Below are positions 12,690 to 24,768 of a stretch of DNA of 64,000 nt, one piece after another. This DNA comes from Malacoraja senta (taxonomy: Eukaryota). Made by a program: the position numbers and the translations under genes. The notes below the pieces were generated by a model, which saw only the letters and a program-made list of their open reading frames with translations, was not told the DNA's origin and did not search any database. The stretch lies in NCBI GenBank assembly GCA_038087875.1, contig CM075991.1, positions 8,744,001 through 8,808,000 on the forward strand. Reading direction: 5' to 3'. How positions within the stretch are numbered: the first letter of the stretch is position 1; each line of letters starts with the position of its first letter.

Positions 12690-13537
12690 TAATAATAATA
12701 ATAATAATAGATTTTATTTATATATCGCTTTTCAGGACTCAAAGTCGCTTTACAATTGAGAGCCAAGAATAAACAAAACAAAAATAGAGCAGTAAGACAG
12801 AGATGCAAAGGGGAGGGGAACATGGGACTAAGGGTATGCAGAGGTGAAGAGATGGGTCTTGAGGCGGGACTGGAAGATGGTGAGGGACTCAGAATTTCGG
12901 ACCGGTTATGGGAGGGAATTCCAGAGCCTGGGAGCTGCCCTGGAGAAGGCTCTGCCTCCAAATGTGCAGAGGTTTGATTTCGGAGTGGAGAGGAGACCAG
13001 CTGATGTGGATCTGAGGGACCGTGAGGGTTGGTAGGGGGAGAGGAGGTCAGTGAGATAAGGGGGGGGCCAAGTTGTTGAGGGCTTTGTAGGTGAGGACCA
13101 GGATTTTGTAGGTGATCCGGTGGGAAATGGGAAGCCAGTGAAGTTCTTTGAGAACTGGGGTGATGTGGTGCCAGGATTTGGTGTGGGTAATGAGTCGAGC
13201 GGCTGCATTCTGGACCAGTTGGAGTCGGTTGATGCTGCTGGAATTGATTCCAAAGAGAAGAGAGTTACAGTAGTCCAGTCGGGAGGAGATGAAGGCATGG
13301 ATGAGTCTTTCAGCAGCGGGGGGTGTGAGAGAGGATCTGATTTTGGCAATGTTGCGGAGGTGAAAAAATGATGTTTTGACAACATGGCGGATGTGAGGCT
13401 CAAGGGAGAGGGTTGAGTCAAAGATCATGCCAATGTTGCGTGCCTGAGGAGATGGGAAGACAGTGGTGCCGTCAATAGTGAGAGTGGGGTTGTTAATTTT
13501 AGTGAGTGTTGATTTGGAGCCAATGAGGAGAAATTCT
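12690..13537 (-). mobile_element. L2-clade LINE, 5'-truncated
   Basis: Encodes FFHLRNIAKIR..HAFISSRLDYCNSLL..LQLVQNAAARL..LHWLP. The 3' end reads TGTAAAGCGACTTTGAG..AAAAGCG followed by an (ATT)n tail. Confidence 0.9.
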
Positions 13538-14173
13538 GTAAGGCAGCAACTCTACCGTTGCACCACCGTGCAATGTGAACGGGAGTTAAAGTGGTTGGTG
13601 GGTGAATTGAAGGCTTCAGTGAGGGCTTGTAACTTGGGGTTGGAAAATTAGGGTGAGTTTTCACGGAGGATTAGACCAGGGCAGAGCAACAGGGCAGAAG
13701 ATCTGTGGAATTTTCTGCCACAGAAGGTAGTTGAGGCCAGTTCATTGCCTATACTTAAGAGGGAGTTAGATGTGGCCCTTGTGGCTAAAGGGATCAGGGG
13801 GTATGGAGAGAAGGCAGGTACAGGATACTGAGTTGGATGATCAGCCGTGATCACATTGAATGGCGGTGCAGGCTCGAAGGGCCGAATGGCCTACTCCTGC
13901 ACCTATTTTCTATGTTGACCCACTCATTCCAGTTGCATAAAACCTCCACCGTTTCTGCTGCACATGGAGTGTACCCCCTACCCCCCAACTCACCCATGGT
14001 ATATATGTACTCACCACTATATTTGTAACATCAGGTCTAATAAAAACGCGTTTCTAAATGCTGCTTTGATTTAGCGACGATCAACAGGAGACTTACAGCA
14101 TTGGATCTAATTACTTTCTTATTGCTCAATAAGGAAAAAATGATCTCGTAAGGCTGTTTAAATTGAATTAAGA

Positions 14174-14385
14174 CAGGGGTTCCCAACCTTTCTCGTCCCG
14201 TTTACCCCTGGAAACTGTAATCAAACATAACAATGTTACTTCACTTATTTATGAACAACTATAATGATGAACAAATACCGGTGTACCAGAACCAAACACA
14301 GTCCGTCAATGAGAACAAATATCTACAGATCCAGAATCAACAAATTTGCCCCCTGGGTAAATTTACCCCAGGTTGGGAAACCTTG
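14174..14385. mobile_element. hAT (Charlie-like) MITE
   Basis: TIR CAGGGGTTCCCAACCT / AGGTTGGGAAACCTTG. 8-bp TSD AATTAAGA / ATTTAAGA. Confidence 0.85.
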
Positions 14386-15944
14386 ATTTAAGATGTCACT
14401 TAAAATGTCACCAAATTCTCCTGGGCCATCCGAACATTTTTTATACAGCACGGAAACAGGCCCTTCGGCCCAACTCATCCATGCCGACCAAGTTGCCAAT
14501 CCAAGCAAGGCTTACCTCCAAATCTTTCCTATCCACATTCAAGTATCTTTTAAATGTATAATTGTATCCTTCCATATACGTATCACTCTCTGCATAAAGG
14601 TTGCCCCTCAGCTCCCTTTTAAATCTTTTCCCTCTCACTTGAAACCTATGCCCTCTAATTTTAAGCACCTCTAACCTGGGGAAACACCTTAGACACATGG
14701 ATTTGCAGGGAAAGGAGGGGTATGTATCAAGTGTGGGCAAATGAGGTTAGTTTGTCTTGGCAGTGCCATTGTGGGTCGAAGGGCCTGTTCCTGTGCTGTA
14801 TTGTTCTATGTTCTATGTTCTATATCTATGTCTTCATCGAGTCATATAGTCATAGTCACAGCATGAAAACAAGCCCTTTGGCCCAACTTGCCCATGCCGC
14901 CCAACATGCCCCCATCTACTCTAGTCCCACCTATCTCTGCCTTAAAAATATCCATTGACTTGGCCTCCCCAGCCTTCTGTGGTAATGAGTTACACAGATT
15001 CACCACCCTCTGACTGAAGAAATTCCTCCTCATCTCCTTCCTAAAGTAATATCCTTTAGGCCCATGTCCCTCTAAACCTGTCATACACATGTACCTGCTT
15101 AAATGTTTCTTAAACGTTCATGATTTTATGAATCTCTATAAAGTCACCCCTCAGCTTCCCACGCTCCAGGGAACAAGTGGCTCAGACTGTCCAGTCACTC
15201 CGTGTAACTCAACCTCTCCCTACACCATTATATCCTCTTGCAAGATTCTTGCTAGTCATCTGACTTACAGCACCGTGTTCCTGTGTCTACTCGATGCCAC
15301 CCCACCCTCCCTGAGCTAGCTTTAGTCGCTCAAGAATGCGATTTCTCCAAAGACGGATTTCTTTCAGCATGTACGGCACAGATGATTTACTTTTAATGGA
15401 TTTTTAATAAACTGATGTTCGACAATGTATTAAAAAGGGTGGACCATGAAATCAATTTGTACCAGATACGAGACGTGCCACTCTGCCAAGTCCCAACACG
15501 TTGTAAGTTAACGCAGCCACACTCACACTGATACGAAACACAATCACTTGGCTTAAAGAGGCTGGGCCCAGGTTCCAATGGTCCTCAGGCAATCTCTAAC
15601 ACCTTGTCCAAATGCCAGCTTCCACTGCCAGCCCGAATAGTAAGGGCTATCATGGTATTACATCAAGGGACCAGTGCAGTTACAAAGGATTCTGTTCCCA
15701 GTTGATGTACCTTCTGATGTGCCAAGTGGTTGGTAATTGAGGGCAAAGTGCCTGGCTCGCTTTCCCCCCAACACAATGCCCAAGTGCCTCTGACCATTTA
15801 GCTGGTTTGTTTGGCTTATTACCGCACATATGCAGAGCGAAATAAACTGGGATCGTGGGCACAAATTCTTTGGGTGAAAATCCTGTGGAAGGATTCTCGT
15901 GTGAAGCGTGTGCAGACTCTAGGTCCAGAGGATAATGAAAGGCG

Positions 15945-16191
15945 TAGTTTAGTTTAGAGATGCAGCATGGAAACAGGCCATTTGGCCCACCAAGTCCGTG
16001 CCGACCAGCGATTAACCTGTACATTAGTTCTTTCCAACACACTAGGGACGTTTTGCAGAAGTGAATTAACTTACAAACCTGCGTCTTTGGAATGTGGGAG
16101 GAAACCGGAGCGCCCGGAGAAAACCCACGTGGTCACAGGAAAAATGTACAAACTCCATACTGGCAACACCCGTGGTCAGGATCGAACCCGG
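15945..16191 (-). mobile_element. V-SINE
   Basis: Same family. Confidence 0.8.
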
Positions 16192-16439
16192 ATCATCTGT
16201 GTTGAGTCGGAGTACTGAGCGACATGGAATGAGTTGTGGACTAACGTTGCCTTTCCACGTTAAATGGATGCAAGAGTGAATTGACTTCCTTGTGAGGGTG
16301 AACTCCGCTTTGCCTGGTATTCCAACTTTCTCAACTCCCAGGGGGATGAGATAAACCAGTCCCAGCTCTGTCTTGTACCTTGCCTCGGCAGTCCCAGTTT
16401 GGGAATAACAAACAGCTCCTTCGAGCAATTTATTTTGAA

Positions 16440-16596
16440 TTACTTTGCAAAAATTTCTAAACACCTCTTTTGGCTTTTTTTATGATGTGGTATTGGGTGT
16501 AGATTGATGATCAAACACAAATGAATTAAATCCATTTTCGAATAAGGCTGCAATGTAACAAAATGTGGAAAAAGTGAATACTTTCTGAATGCACTG
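16440..16596 (+). mobile_element. Tc1/mariner right end
   Basis: Ends TGAATACTTTCTGAATGCACTG followed by TA, a Tc1-type CAGTG terminus. Confidence 0.7.
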
Positions 16597-16908
16597 TATA
16601 CAGATTCTTGATTAGTACGGGTGTCAGGGGTTATGGGCAGAAGGCAGGAGAATGGGGCTGAGGGAAAGATAGATCAGCCAGGATTGAATGGTGGAGTACA
16701 CTTGATGGGCCGAATGGCCTAATTCTGCTCCTATTGCATAGTGTAGGGGAATAGAGGACCAGAGGACACAGGTTTAGGGTGAGGGGGAAGATTTAATGGG
16801 AATATGAGGGGTAACCTTTTCACACAAAGGGTGGTGGGTGTATGGAACGAGCTGCTGGAGGAGGTAGATGAGGCAGGGACTATTGCATAGTTTAAGAAAC
16901 ATTTTGAC

Positions 16909-17446
16909 CCAACTATAAATATGTGGATTTCAAATATGTTTGAAACATTACACCTAGAAGAGATAAGACTCCTCCTAGCAGGTAAACCAGATCACTTCCA
17001 CCTGACGTGGTCTGCATTTATAGAATTATTACAAACATAGGGTGCAAAAGTACTTTAAAAAAATAAAAAATTGAGGTCAGGTAAGGGGGGATGATAGTTG
17101 AAGAGTTGGTATGTCCTATTTACGTGATGCTCAAAAAAAAAACATTTGTTTCTCTTTTTTTCTCTTTCTCTTTTCTTTTCTTAGGGCCTATTTCTTAACT
17201 CTTTTTCTTTTTGTTTTTAATTTCGCTCTTATAGGGTCTTCGTCCTTTTTTGTTGTTACATTTTCTACACTTTTCTACACTTGCACTTTTTCCTTCACTT
17301 TCTTCTTTCTTTCAATCTTTTCTTTTTCTAGTGTAAAAAAATAAATACAGGGAGTACATTAATTGTAAGAAGATATAAATGACGAGTATTAATGTATGTG
17401 GTTGTAATGTAATGTACTTCTAATAAATAAAAATTAAAAAAAAAAA
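16909..17446 (+). mobile_element. L1-clade 3' fragment with poly(A) and 15-bp TSD
   Basis: Encodes MWISNMFETLHLEEIRLLLAGKPDHFHLTWSAFIELL*. T-rich 3'UTR, AATAAA and poly(A). TSD AAGAAACATTTTGAC at 16894-16908 and 17447-61. Confidence 0.8.
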
Positions 17447-17882
17447 AAGAAACATTTTGACAGGTACATGGATAGGACAGGTTTAGAGAGATATGGGCCA
17501 AACACAGGCAGGTGGGGCATGTTGGTCAGTGTGGGCAAGCTGGGCCAAAGGGCCTGTTTTCCATGGCGTATGACTATATGACCATGATTTATACGGGTAC
17601 AGCTTGCCTTCTGACTTGTATTCATTCAGGATTCTTCCCACATATTTTCTAACGATTTTAAAAAGCCTTCGCTGCTCCTCCCCATTTGGCTGATACCTTC
17701 GGGCTAAAAATTAATAACTTTCTCCATGTTCATCTGATTTAAAAGCCGAAGGAGGTTATCAGTGTGTTGTAACCCCAGTCATATTTCACCGCCCCCACCC
17801 CCCCTGCTTATCAAGGATCTGCGTGTCCTTGCCTTAAAAATATCCAAGGACTCCACATCTAATGCCTTTTGTGGAATAGTTA

Positions 17883-18190
17883 GGCAGCACGGTGGCGCAG
17901 TGGGTGAGTTGCTGCCTTACAGCACCAGAGACCCGGGTTTGATCCTGACTACGGGTGCTGTCTGTACGGAGTTTGCACGTTCTCCTTGAAACAGTGTGCG
18001 TTTCCTCCGGGTGCTCCGGCTTCCTCCCACACTCCAAAGATGTACATGTTTGTAGATTAATTGGCTTCGGTAAAAAAATCGTGAAATTGTCCCTGGTGTG
18101 TAGGATAGTGTTAGTGTATGGGGTGATCGGTGGTTGACGTGGGCTGAAGGGCCTGTTTCTGCGCCATATTTCGAAAGTCCAAATCTCTAA
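17883..18190 (+). mobile_element. V-SINE
   Basis: Same family. Confidence 0.8.
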
Positions 18191-18196
18191 AATAAA

Positions 18197-18443
18197 AGGG
18201 CCTGTCCCACTTGGCGATTTTTTCGGCGACTGCCGGCATCATTGACTGACGTATCAGGTCACCGAAAATTTTGCAGCGTGATGCAGCGTGACGTGGCGTG
18301 ATGACGTATTGACGAGCGGTGTTTTTTCAAGTGTCGCAACATTTCTTTTTAACGCCGCTGGATTTTGAAATGTTCAAAATCTTTTGGCGACACCGATATG
18401 ACGCCGGCAGTCGCCGAAAAAATTGCCAAGTGGGACAGCCCCG
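18197..18443. mobile_element. MITE family B (same termini)
   Basis: AGGGCCTGTCCCACTTGGCGATTTTTTCGGCGACTGCCGGC ... GCCGGCAGTCGCCGAAAAAATTGCCAAGTGGGACAG. Flanks AAA/AAA. Confidence 0.85.
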
Positions 18444-18646
18444 AAAGACTCACAACTCTGAAGGGGAAATAAATCACCTTCTACCTTAAAAGGATGATCC
18501 CTTATTTTTTAAATAATGATGTCTAGTTTTAGATTTTTCCCACAAGAAGAAATATCCTCTCCACTTTGACAATATCCAAGCCCCTCAACAGTTGATGCAT
18601 TTCCCCCCAGGTCCCTGCTCACTCTTCTAATCTCCAGAGGAAACAG

Positions 18647-18860
18647 GTGTGTAGGAAGGAACTGCAGATGCTGGTTTACACCGAAGATAGACACAAAATG
18701 CTGGAGTAACTCAGCGGGAGAGGCAGCATCTCTGGAGAGAAGGAATGGGTGAAATTTCAGGTCGAGACCCTTGCTCAGTCTGAAGAAGGGTCTTGACCTG
18801 AAACGTCACACATTCCTTCCGTCCAGAGATACTGCCTATCCTGCTGAGTCACTCCAGCAG
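18647..18860. mobile_element. Penelope-derived fold-back (P2)
   Basis: A minus copy and a plus copy are fused at CAGTCTG, giving two hammerhead-like cores in opposite orientation. Confidence 0.8.
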
Positions 18861-19170
18861 TGGAGTATATTGTCTATTGTGTCCATCTCCAGAGGACACA
18901 AGTTTAGCTTATTTACAAGATAAGTTCACAAGATTGTTCACAATCTTCCTCACACAACTACCAGCACATTCCAGGTATCAGTTCAGTAAACCTTCAGTGA
19001 AATACACATCCAACACATTAACATTTTCTTGTTAACTCAGTAACTCAGCCGGGTCAAGCAGCATCTCTGGAGAACATGGATAGGTGACGTTTCGGGTGAG
19101 AACCCTTCTTCAGACTCAGAACTTCCGTCAGGTGGTTTACACCAAAGATAGACCCAACATGTTGGAGTAA

Positions 19171-19495
19171 AAGCCCTGTCCCACTGTACGAGTTCATTCA
19201 AAGAGTTCTCCCGAATTTGCCCCGAATCGAACTCGGAGATTTGCGGTAATGGCCGCTCGTTGGTACTCGGGGCTCTTGTGGACATTTTTCACACAACATG
19301 TTGAAAACTCTTCACGAGTCTTCCCGAGCTTACCTGCCGTTAGCGAGTCTTCCCGAGTACCTGCCGTTAGCGTTACGAGCCGCCAAGAGACGTCCCCGAG
19401 CTCCGACGTACCCGCTACGTTCATTCTCCGTGCTTACCACTACCACTAGAAACTCGGGGGAGCTCTTGAATGAACTCGCATCGTGGACAGGGCCA
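19171..19495 (+). mobile_element. MITE family A
   Basis: Same sequence as 988-1317. Flanks TAA/TTA. Inserted in a Penelope unit. Confidence 0.9.
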
Positions 19496-19979
19496 TTACT
19501 CAGTGGGTCAGAAAGCATCTCGGGAGAAACGGAATAGGCGACGTTTTTGGGTCGAAACCCTTCTTCAGCCAACCTTCTGTCTAGACCAATGCTATCTTCT
19601 GAACGACAAGCTCTTACATTGCAGAATAACCTTTGTTGCACACCTTATCGAATACCTCTGAAAATCCTAGCATGTCAACGTGCAATCATAGAGTATTGAA
19701 ACATGCCATTCAGCTCATCATTTCATGCCAACCACCAAATATACTAATCCCATTTACCAGCACTTGCTGTATAACCTATTATGCCTTGGTGCTTAGAGTA
19801 CAAATTGCATCAGAAACATTGGTGTGCTTTCTTGGTTGTGGCTTCAATATGACAGATCCGAGACTAGTTGCTGGTGATATTTATGGTGAAGCTTTGCTCA
19901 AACACACTCCTTTGTCTTGCTGACATTGTGGGAAAGGCTTTTATCTGCTGAGTGTTTCCAGTATTTTCTGCGTTTGAGA

Positions 19980-20258
19980 TTAGTTTATTGTCATATGTAT
20001 CAAGGTACAGTGAAAAGCTTTTGTTGCGTGCTAACCAGTCAGTGGAACGACCATGCATGATTACAATCGACCCATCCACAGTGTTCAGATAGATAATAAA
20101 GGGAATAACATGAATAATGTTTAGTGCAAGATAAAGCCAGTAAAGTTTGATCAAAGATAGTTTATAAGGGTCTTCAATGAGGTAGATAGTAGTTCAGGAC
20201 CACTCTCTATTTGTTGGTAGATGATTCAGTTGCCTGATAACAGCTGGGAAGAAACTGT
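19980..20258 (-). mobile_element. Rex1/Babar 3' fragment
   Basis: Reverse complement of the 54222 family 3'UTR. Interrupted by a Penelope fold-back. Confidence 0.75.
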
Positions 20259-20401
20259 TTAAGAAGGAACTGCAGATGCTGGAAAATCGAAGGTAGACAA
20301 AAATGCTGGAGAAACTCAGCGGGTGCAGCAGCATTTGTGGAGCATCTATGGAGCCATAGATGCTGCTGCACCCGCTGAGTTTCTCCAGCATTTTTGTCTA
20401 C
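20259..20401. mobile_element. Penelope-derived fold-back (P1)
   Basis: Inverted arms GTAGACAAAAATGCTGGAGAAACTCAGCGGGTGCAGCAGCAT. Confidence 0.75.
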
Positions 20402-20489
20402 TGTCCCTGCCTTAACTGGAGAAATAAATGAGTGACTAGCAAGTCGTGAAAGGCTTGCAGTAATGTTGACAGCAAGGAAATAGAAAATT

Positions 20490-20625
20490 AAATTTACATG
20501 GTGCCTTTCACAACCTCAAGATAATCTAAGACCCCGGATGAAGTACTGTTCGAAGTGTAGTTACCATTGTAACATAGCAAACTTGGTTACTTGTTAATGG
20601 AGAGCAAATGGCAATGACAAGTTGT
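20490..20625 (-). mobile_element. Old DeuSINE (SacSINE1/AmnSINE-like) 3' remnant
   Basis: GCCTTTCACAACCTCAAG..ATGAAGTACTGTTCGAAGTGTAG resembles the remembered consensus. Confidence 0.5.
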
Positions 20626-20941
20626 TCAATTCACTGTCTTGTGTAGCTACACTGTTGGCTTACCAATTACCAAACTCGAGAAAAAAACCCAGTTGAACCA
20701 GTACTTTGACCTCTCTGTATTATTATAATTATTACATTGTCGACAAGGATTAATGAAGGTTATTGCAGCTAAATGATGTTAGTTGTGAGATATGTATATT
20801 TGTCAAGGATATCAGAGTAAATTCTTTTGTTCCGCTCAATTTAATAAATCTCTCGAGGTCTACCAGAGAGGCCAGACGAGAGCTTCGGATACTTACACAA
20901 AGGCAGAAGAGTCGAAATTCAACCTTGATCACGCATCAAGT

Positions 20942-21217
20942 GCGGCACGGTGGTGCAGCGGTAGAGTTGCTGCCTTACATCGCTTGCAGCGCCAGAGACC
21001 CGGGTTCGATCCCGGCTACGGGTGCTTGTCTGTACAGAGTTTGTACGTTCTCCCCGTGACCTGTTTGGGTTTGCTCCGAGATCTTCGGTTTCCTCCCACA
21101 CTCCAAAGACGCACAGGATTTGTAGGTTAGTTGGCTTGGTGTAAATGTAAATTGTCCCTAGTGTGTGTAGGATGTGTGGCGATCGATGGTCAGTGCGGAC
21201 TCTAAACTAAAGTAAAC
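20942..21217 (+). mobile_element. V-SINE
   Basis: Same family. Confidence 0.8.
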
Positions 21218-21479
21218 ACAACATGTACAAGCACATACTGTACGTCTGCTTTCAAAATCAAGGTTCATTAAAGGTCAATGAGCTTGAGAAAGTTCAATGG
21301 GAACATTACCAGTTTTACTAGCATGGATTTATGTTCTCATGGGGTATTTTTGCACGAATACCTCTTTTTTGCAATCTTTTATTGCAATCTTTTTCTTTGC
21401 ATCGTCTTGTAGAATCATGTATAATTTGTGTTACATATGTGTAATTTCTGTAATTTATGTGACATCTATAATCCATGTA

Positions 21480-21565
21480 TAACGCATGTACAATGCATGT
21501 ACAATGCGTGTACAATGCATGTACAATGCATGTACAATACATGTATAATGTGTATAACATGTATA
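21480..21565. repeat. (TGCATGTACAA)n 11-bp minisatellite
   Basis: About six to seven degenerate units. Confidence 0.85.
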
Positions 21566-22207
21566 AATTATGTTTTTGGGTATCATCTAAGTCCACAGGC
21601 TTGTCTTCTTCTTTTCGTGTCCATCTTGTTACAAATGTTGACATCGCTGCCATTGTCCGTCCTGAAAAGGACGCAAGCTTCCGGCGACAATCAGTGGGAG
21701 CCATCACTTGTTGCGATAGATGATGGTGGCAGCAGAATTAGCTCGGGATACGTCCAGTTTCCAGCCCCGCGACGTGGACGCTTCTGCTATGGGGCCCACA
21801 TGCCTGTGAAGCTGCTGCAAGCAAGATTTTCCACTGTGACTGTACCTCACCGTATTTGTGCATTTGACAATAAACTTGACTTGGATTTGAATTTTGGAAA
21901 CAATGTTCAATATCCACCCAGCTGCCATATTGTAGGTTTGACCTCTGCAACAAGGGACAAATTGCTTGGCCAGAACTTCCAACAGTGCAGCGGTCCCTCG
22001 GTGGGAATGGGAGCATCAGCCTAGAACTTATATTGGAGCCTCCAGACCTTCCTTCAGGAGAATCTGTCAAACTCTGCTTTAAAATTACCCAATGACTTGG
22101 CCTCCACAGCCAGCTGTGGCAATGAATTATACAGATTCACCACCCTCTGGCTAAAGAAATTCCTCCTCATCTCCTTTCCAAAGGTATTCTGATGCTCTGC
22201 CCTCTGG

Positions 22208-22413
22208 TCAAGTCAAGTCAAGTCACATTTATTTATATAGCACATTTAAAAAACAACTCTCGTTGGCCAAAGTGCTTTACATTTGTTATAAGAATAGCAT
22301 AAACAAAACAAACTACATACATATATACACGTAGCCCTCACTCAGAGGACGTCAGGAAAGGCTTGGGAGTATAGATACGTCTTTAGTCTTGACTTAAAAG
22401 AGTCGATGGAGGT
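22208..22413 (-). mobile_element. Second L2 family, 3' end with (TTGAC)n tail
   Basis: Encodes SIDSFKSRLKTYLYSQAF. Same 3' end as 2741-2851. Confidence 0.75.
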
Positions 22414-22747
22414 CAATAGACAATAAACAATAGGTGCAGGAGTAGGCCATTCGGCCCTTCGAGCCAGCACCGCCATTCAATGTGATCATGGCTGATCATC
22501 CCCAATCAGTACCCCGTTCCTGCCTTCTCCCCATATCCCCTGACTCCGCTATTTTTAAGAGCCCGATCTAGCTCTCTCTTGAAAGCATCCAGAGAACCTG
22601 CCTCCACCGCCCGCTGAGGCTGAGAATTCCACAGACTCACCACTCTCTGTGAGAAAAAGTGTTTCCTCGTCTCTGTTCTAAATGGCTTACCCCTTATTCT
22701 TAAACTGTGGTCCTAGACTCTCCCACTGGTGGAAACATCCACATTCC

Positions 22748-22923
22748 ACAAAAGCTGGTGTAACTCAGCGGGACAGGCAGCATCTCCGGAGAGAAGGAAT
22801 GGGTGACGCTTCGGGTCGAGACCCTTCTTTAGACTTCTGAGATGCTGCCAGTCCCGCTGAGTTACCCCAGCTTTTTGTGCCTATCTTCGGTTTAAACCAG
22901 CATCTGCAGTTCCTTTCCACACA
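22748..22923. mobile_element. Penelope-derived fold-back (P2) inside a CR1 fragment
   Basis: Minus unit to CTTTAGACT, then plus unit to TCCACACA. Confidence 0.72.
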
Positions 22924-23609
22924 CTCTCCACATCCACTCTATCCAGGCCTATCACTAGGCAGGGCCCAGCCAGATTCTATCGCAGAAGCTGAGAGCCACA
23001 GATTTGACGGTTAACAGAAGGCATGTGCTCCCAATATTAATCATCTGCAGTGTTTGTGTTAACTGGGCAGGTGCAGTAATGCCTGGCAGTCTGCTTGTCG
23101 GTTCACAACATCCAGCCAAGGCCTGAGACAAAGCATATTGGAATTTCGACGGGGATGAAACTCCTTTGATAGTTCAGTGATCAAAGGTAATGTGTTTTGT
23201 CTCCTCTCCCAGCTGGCAACCTTTGCAAATGCTAACATTTCAAGGTTAAGGATGTGCTTCTGTTACAATGAGCTTATGATGCTGGGATGAAATTCAATAA
23301 GGGAACTCAGTGAGGTGAGACTGCCCCTATCCCGTGAAGATGCAGATGTCTACCCGTGGCTTAGAGTGTGGTTTTTCTCTCAATAAATAAAGAATCAAAG
23401 CTGGCTGTTGACGATCTTCAAACTACATTCGCCTGACTTTCAAAGTCACGTCAACTGAAGTCTAATGCAGGAACAAGCATTAAGTAGAGACTGTTGTGCA
23501 GTGGTTGGGGAGAATCACCTGGCTCGCTGATGTATTTCCCGGGTAACGGTATTGGGATGAGAGATGGCATGTTTGCTTCTCTCATCGCTCTCAATAGTGC
23601 TACAAACAG

Positions 23610-23997
23610 TAGTTTACTTTAGCTTACTTTAGTTTAGTTTACAGATACAGCGCGGAAACAGGCCCTTCGGCCCACCGGGTCCGCACCGACCAGCTATCCC
23701 CGCACATTAACACTATCCTACACACACGAGGGACAATTTACATTTATACCAAGCCAATTAACCTACAAATCCTGTACCTTGTACCTTTTGGTCATCACTT
23801 CTGAAGAGACCACCTGGGACTACACTGGAAGTTGGACAATTTTACACTGGACATTTCTACATTTATCAAGCCAATAAACCTGTATCTCTTTGGAATGTGG
23901 GAAGAATCCGAATATCTCGGAAAAAACCCACGCAGGTCACGGGAAGAACGTGCAAACTCCGTACAGGCAGCACCCGTAGTCAGGATCGTGCCGCCCT
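23610..23997 (-). mobile_element. V-SINE, internally rearranged
   Basis: Same family. Confidence 0.75.
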
Positions 23998-24479
23998 AGC
24001 ACCCTGAGTACGGAATTCCCTTATTAGGCCAGTCGGCCCATCGGGTCTCTCCTCCATTCAATCATGGCTGATCTATCTATCTATCCATCTCAACCCCATT
24101 CTCCCGCCTTCTCCCCGTAATCTTTGACAACCATAACAATCAAGAACCTGTCAATCTCCACTTTAAAAATATCCATTGACTTGGCCTCCACCACTGTCCG
24201 TGGCAAAGAATTCCACAGATTCATCACCCTCTGGCTAAAAAACATCCTCCTCATCTCCTTTCCAAAGGTCCGGCCTTTTATTCCGCTGCTTTGCCATCTG
24301 GTCCTTGACTCTCCCACTAGTGGAAACATCCTCTCCGCATCCACTCTATCCAGGCCTTTCACTATGCAGTAAGTGTGAATGAGAACCCCCCTCATCCTTC
24401 TAAACTACAAAGCAGGTTCCAGCCAGATTAAATGCTCATGCTTTAGACCAATGGTCGGCTCACTGACTCGGAGTTGAAT

Positions 24480-24768
24480 TTAATTTCGAGATACAGTGCG
24501 GAAACAGGCCCTTAGGCCCACCGAATCTGCCCCGACCAGCGATCCCCGCACACAAACACTACCCTACACACAGTAGGGACAATTTTACAGGAGCCAATTA
24601 ACCTATAAACTTGTACGCCTTTGGAGTGTGGCAGGAAAATGGGAGCACCCGGAGAAATCCCATGCAGGTCACGGGGAGAAGGTACAAACTCCGTACGGAC
24701 AGCACCCAAAGTCAGAATCGAACCCGGGACTCTGGAGCAGTATGGCAGCACCTCTACCAGTGCGCCAC
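24480..24768 (-). mobile_element. V-SINE
   Basis: Same family. Confidence 0.8.

Noticed and set aside
21428..22024. 198-aa ORF
   Set aside because: Spans a minisatellite and unrelated repeat fragments.
23213..23314. Possible exon (pyrimidine tract-CAG ... GTGAGA)
   Set aside because: Stops in all three frames. It could only be non-coding, and nothing supports that.
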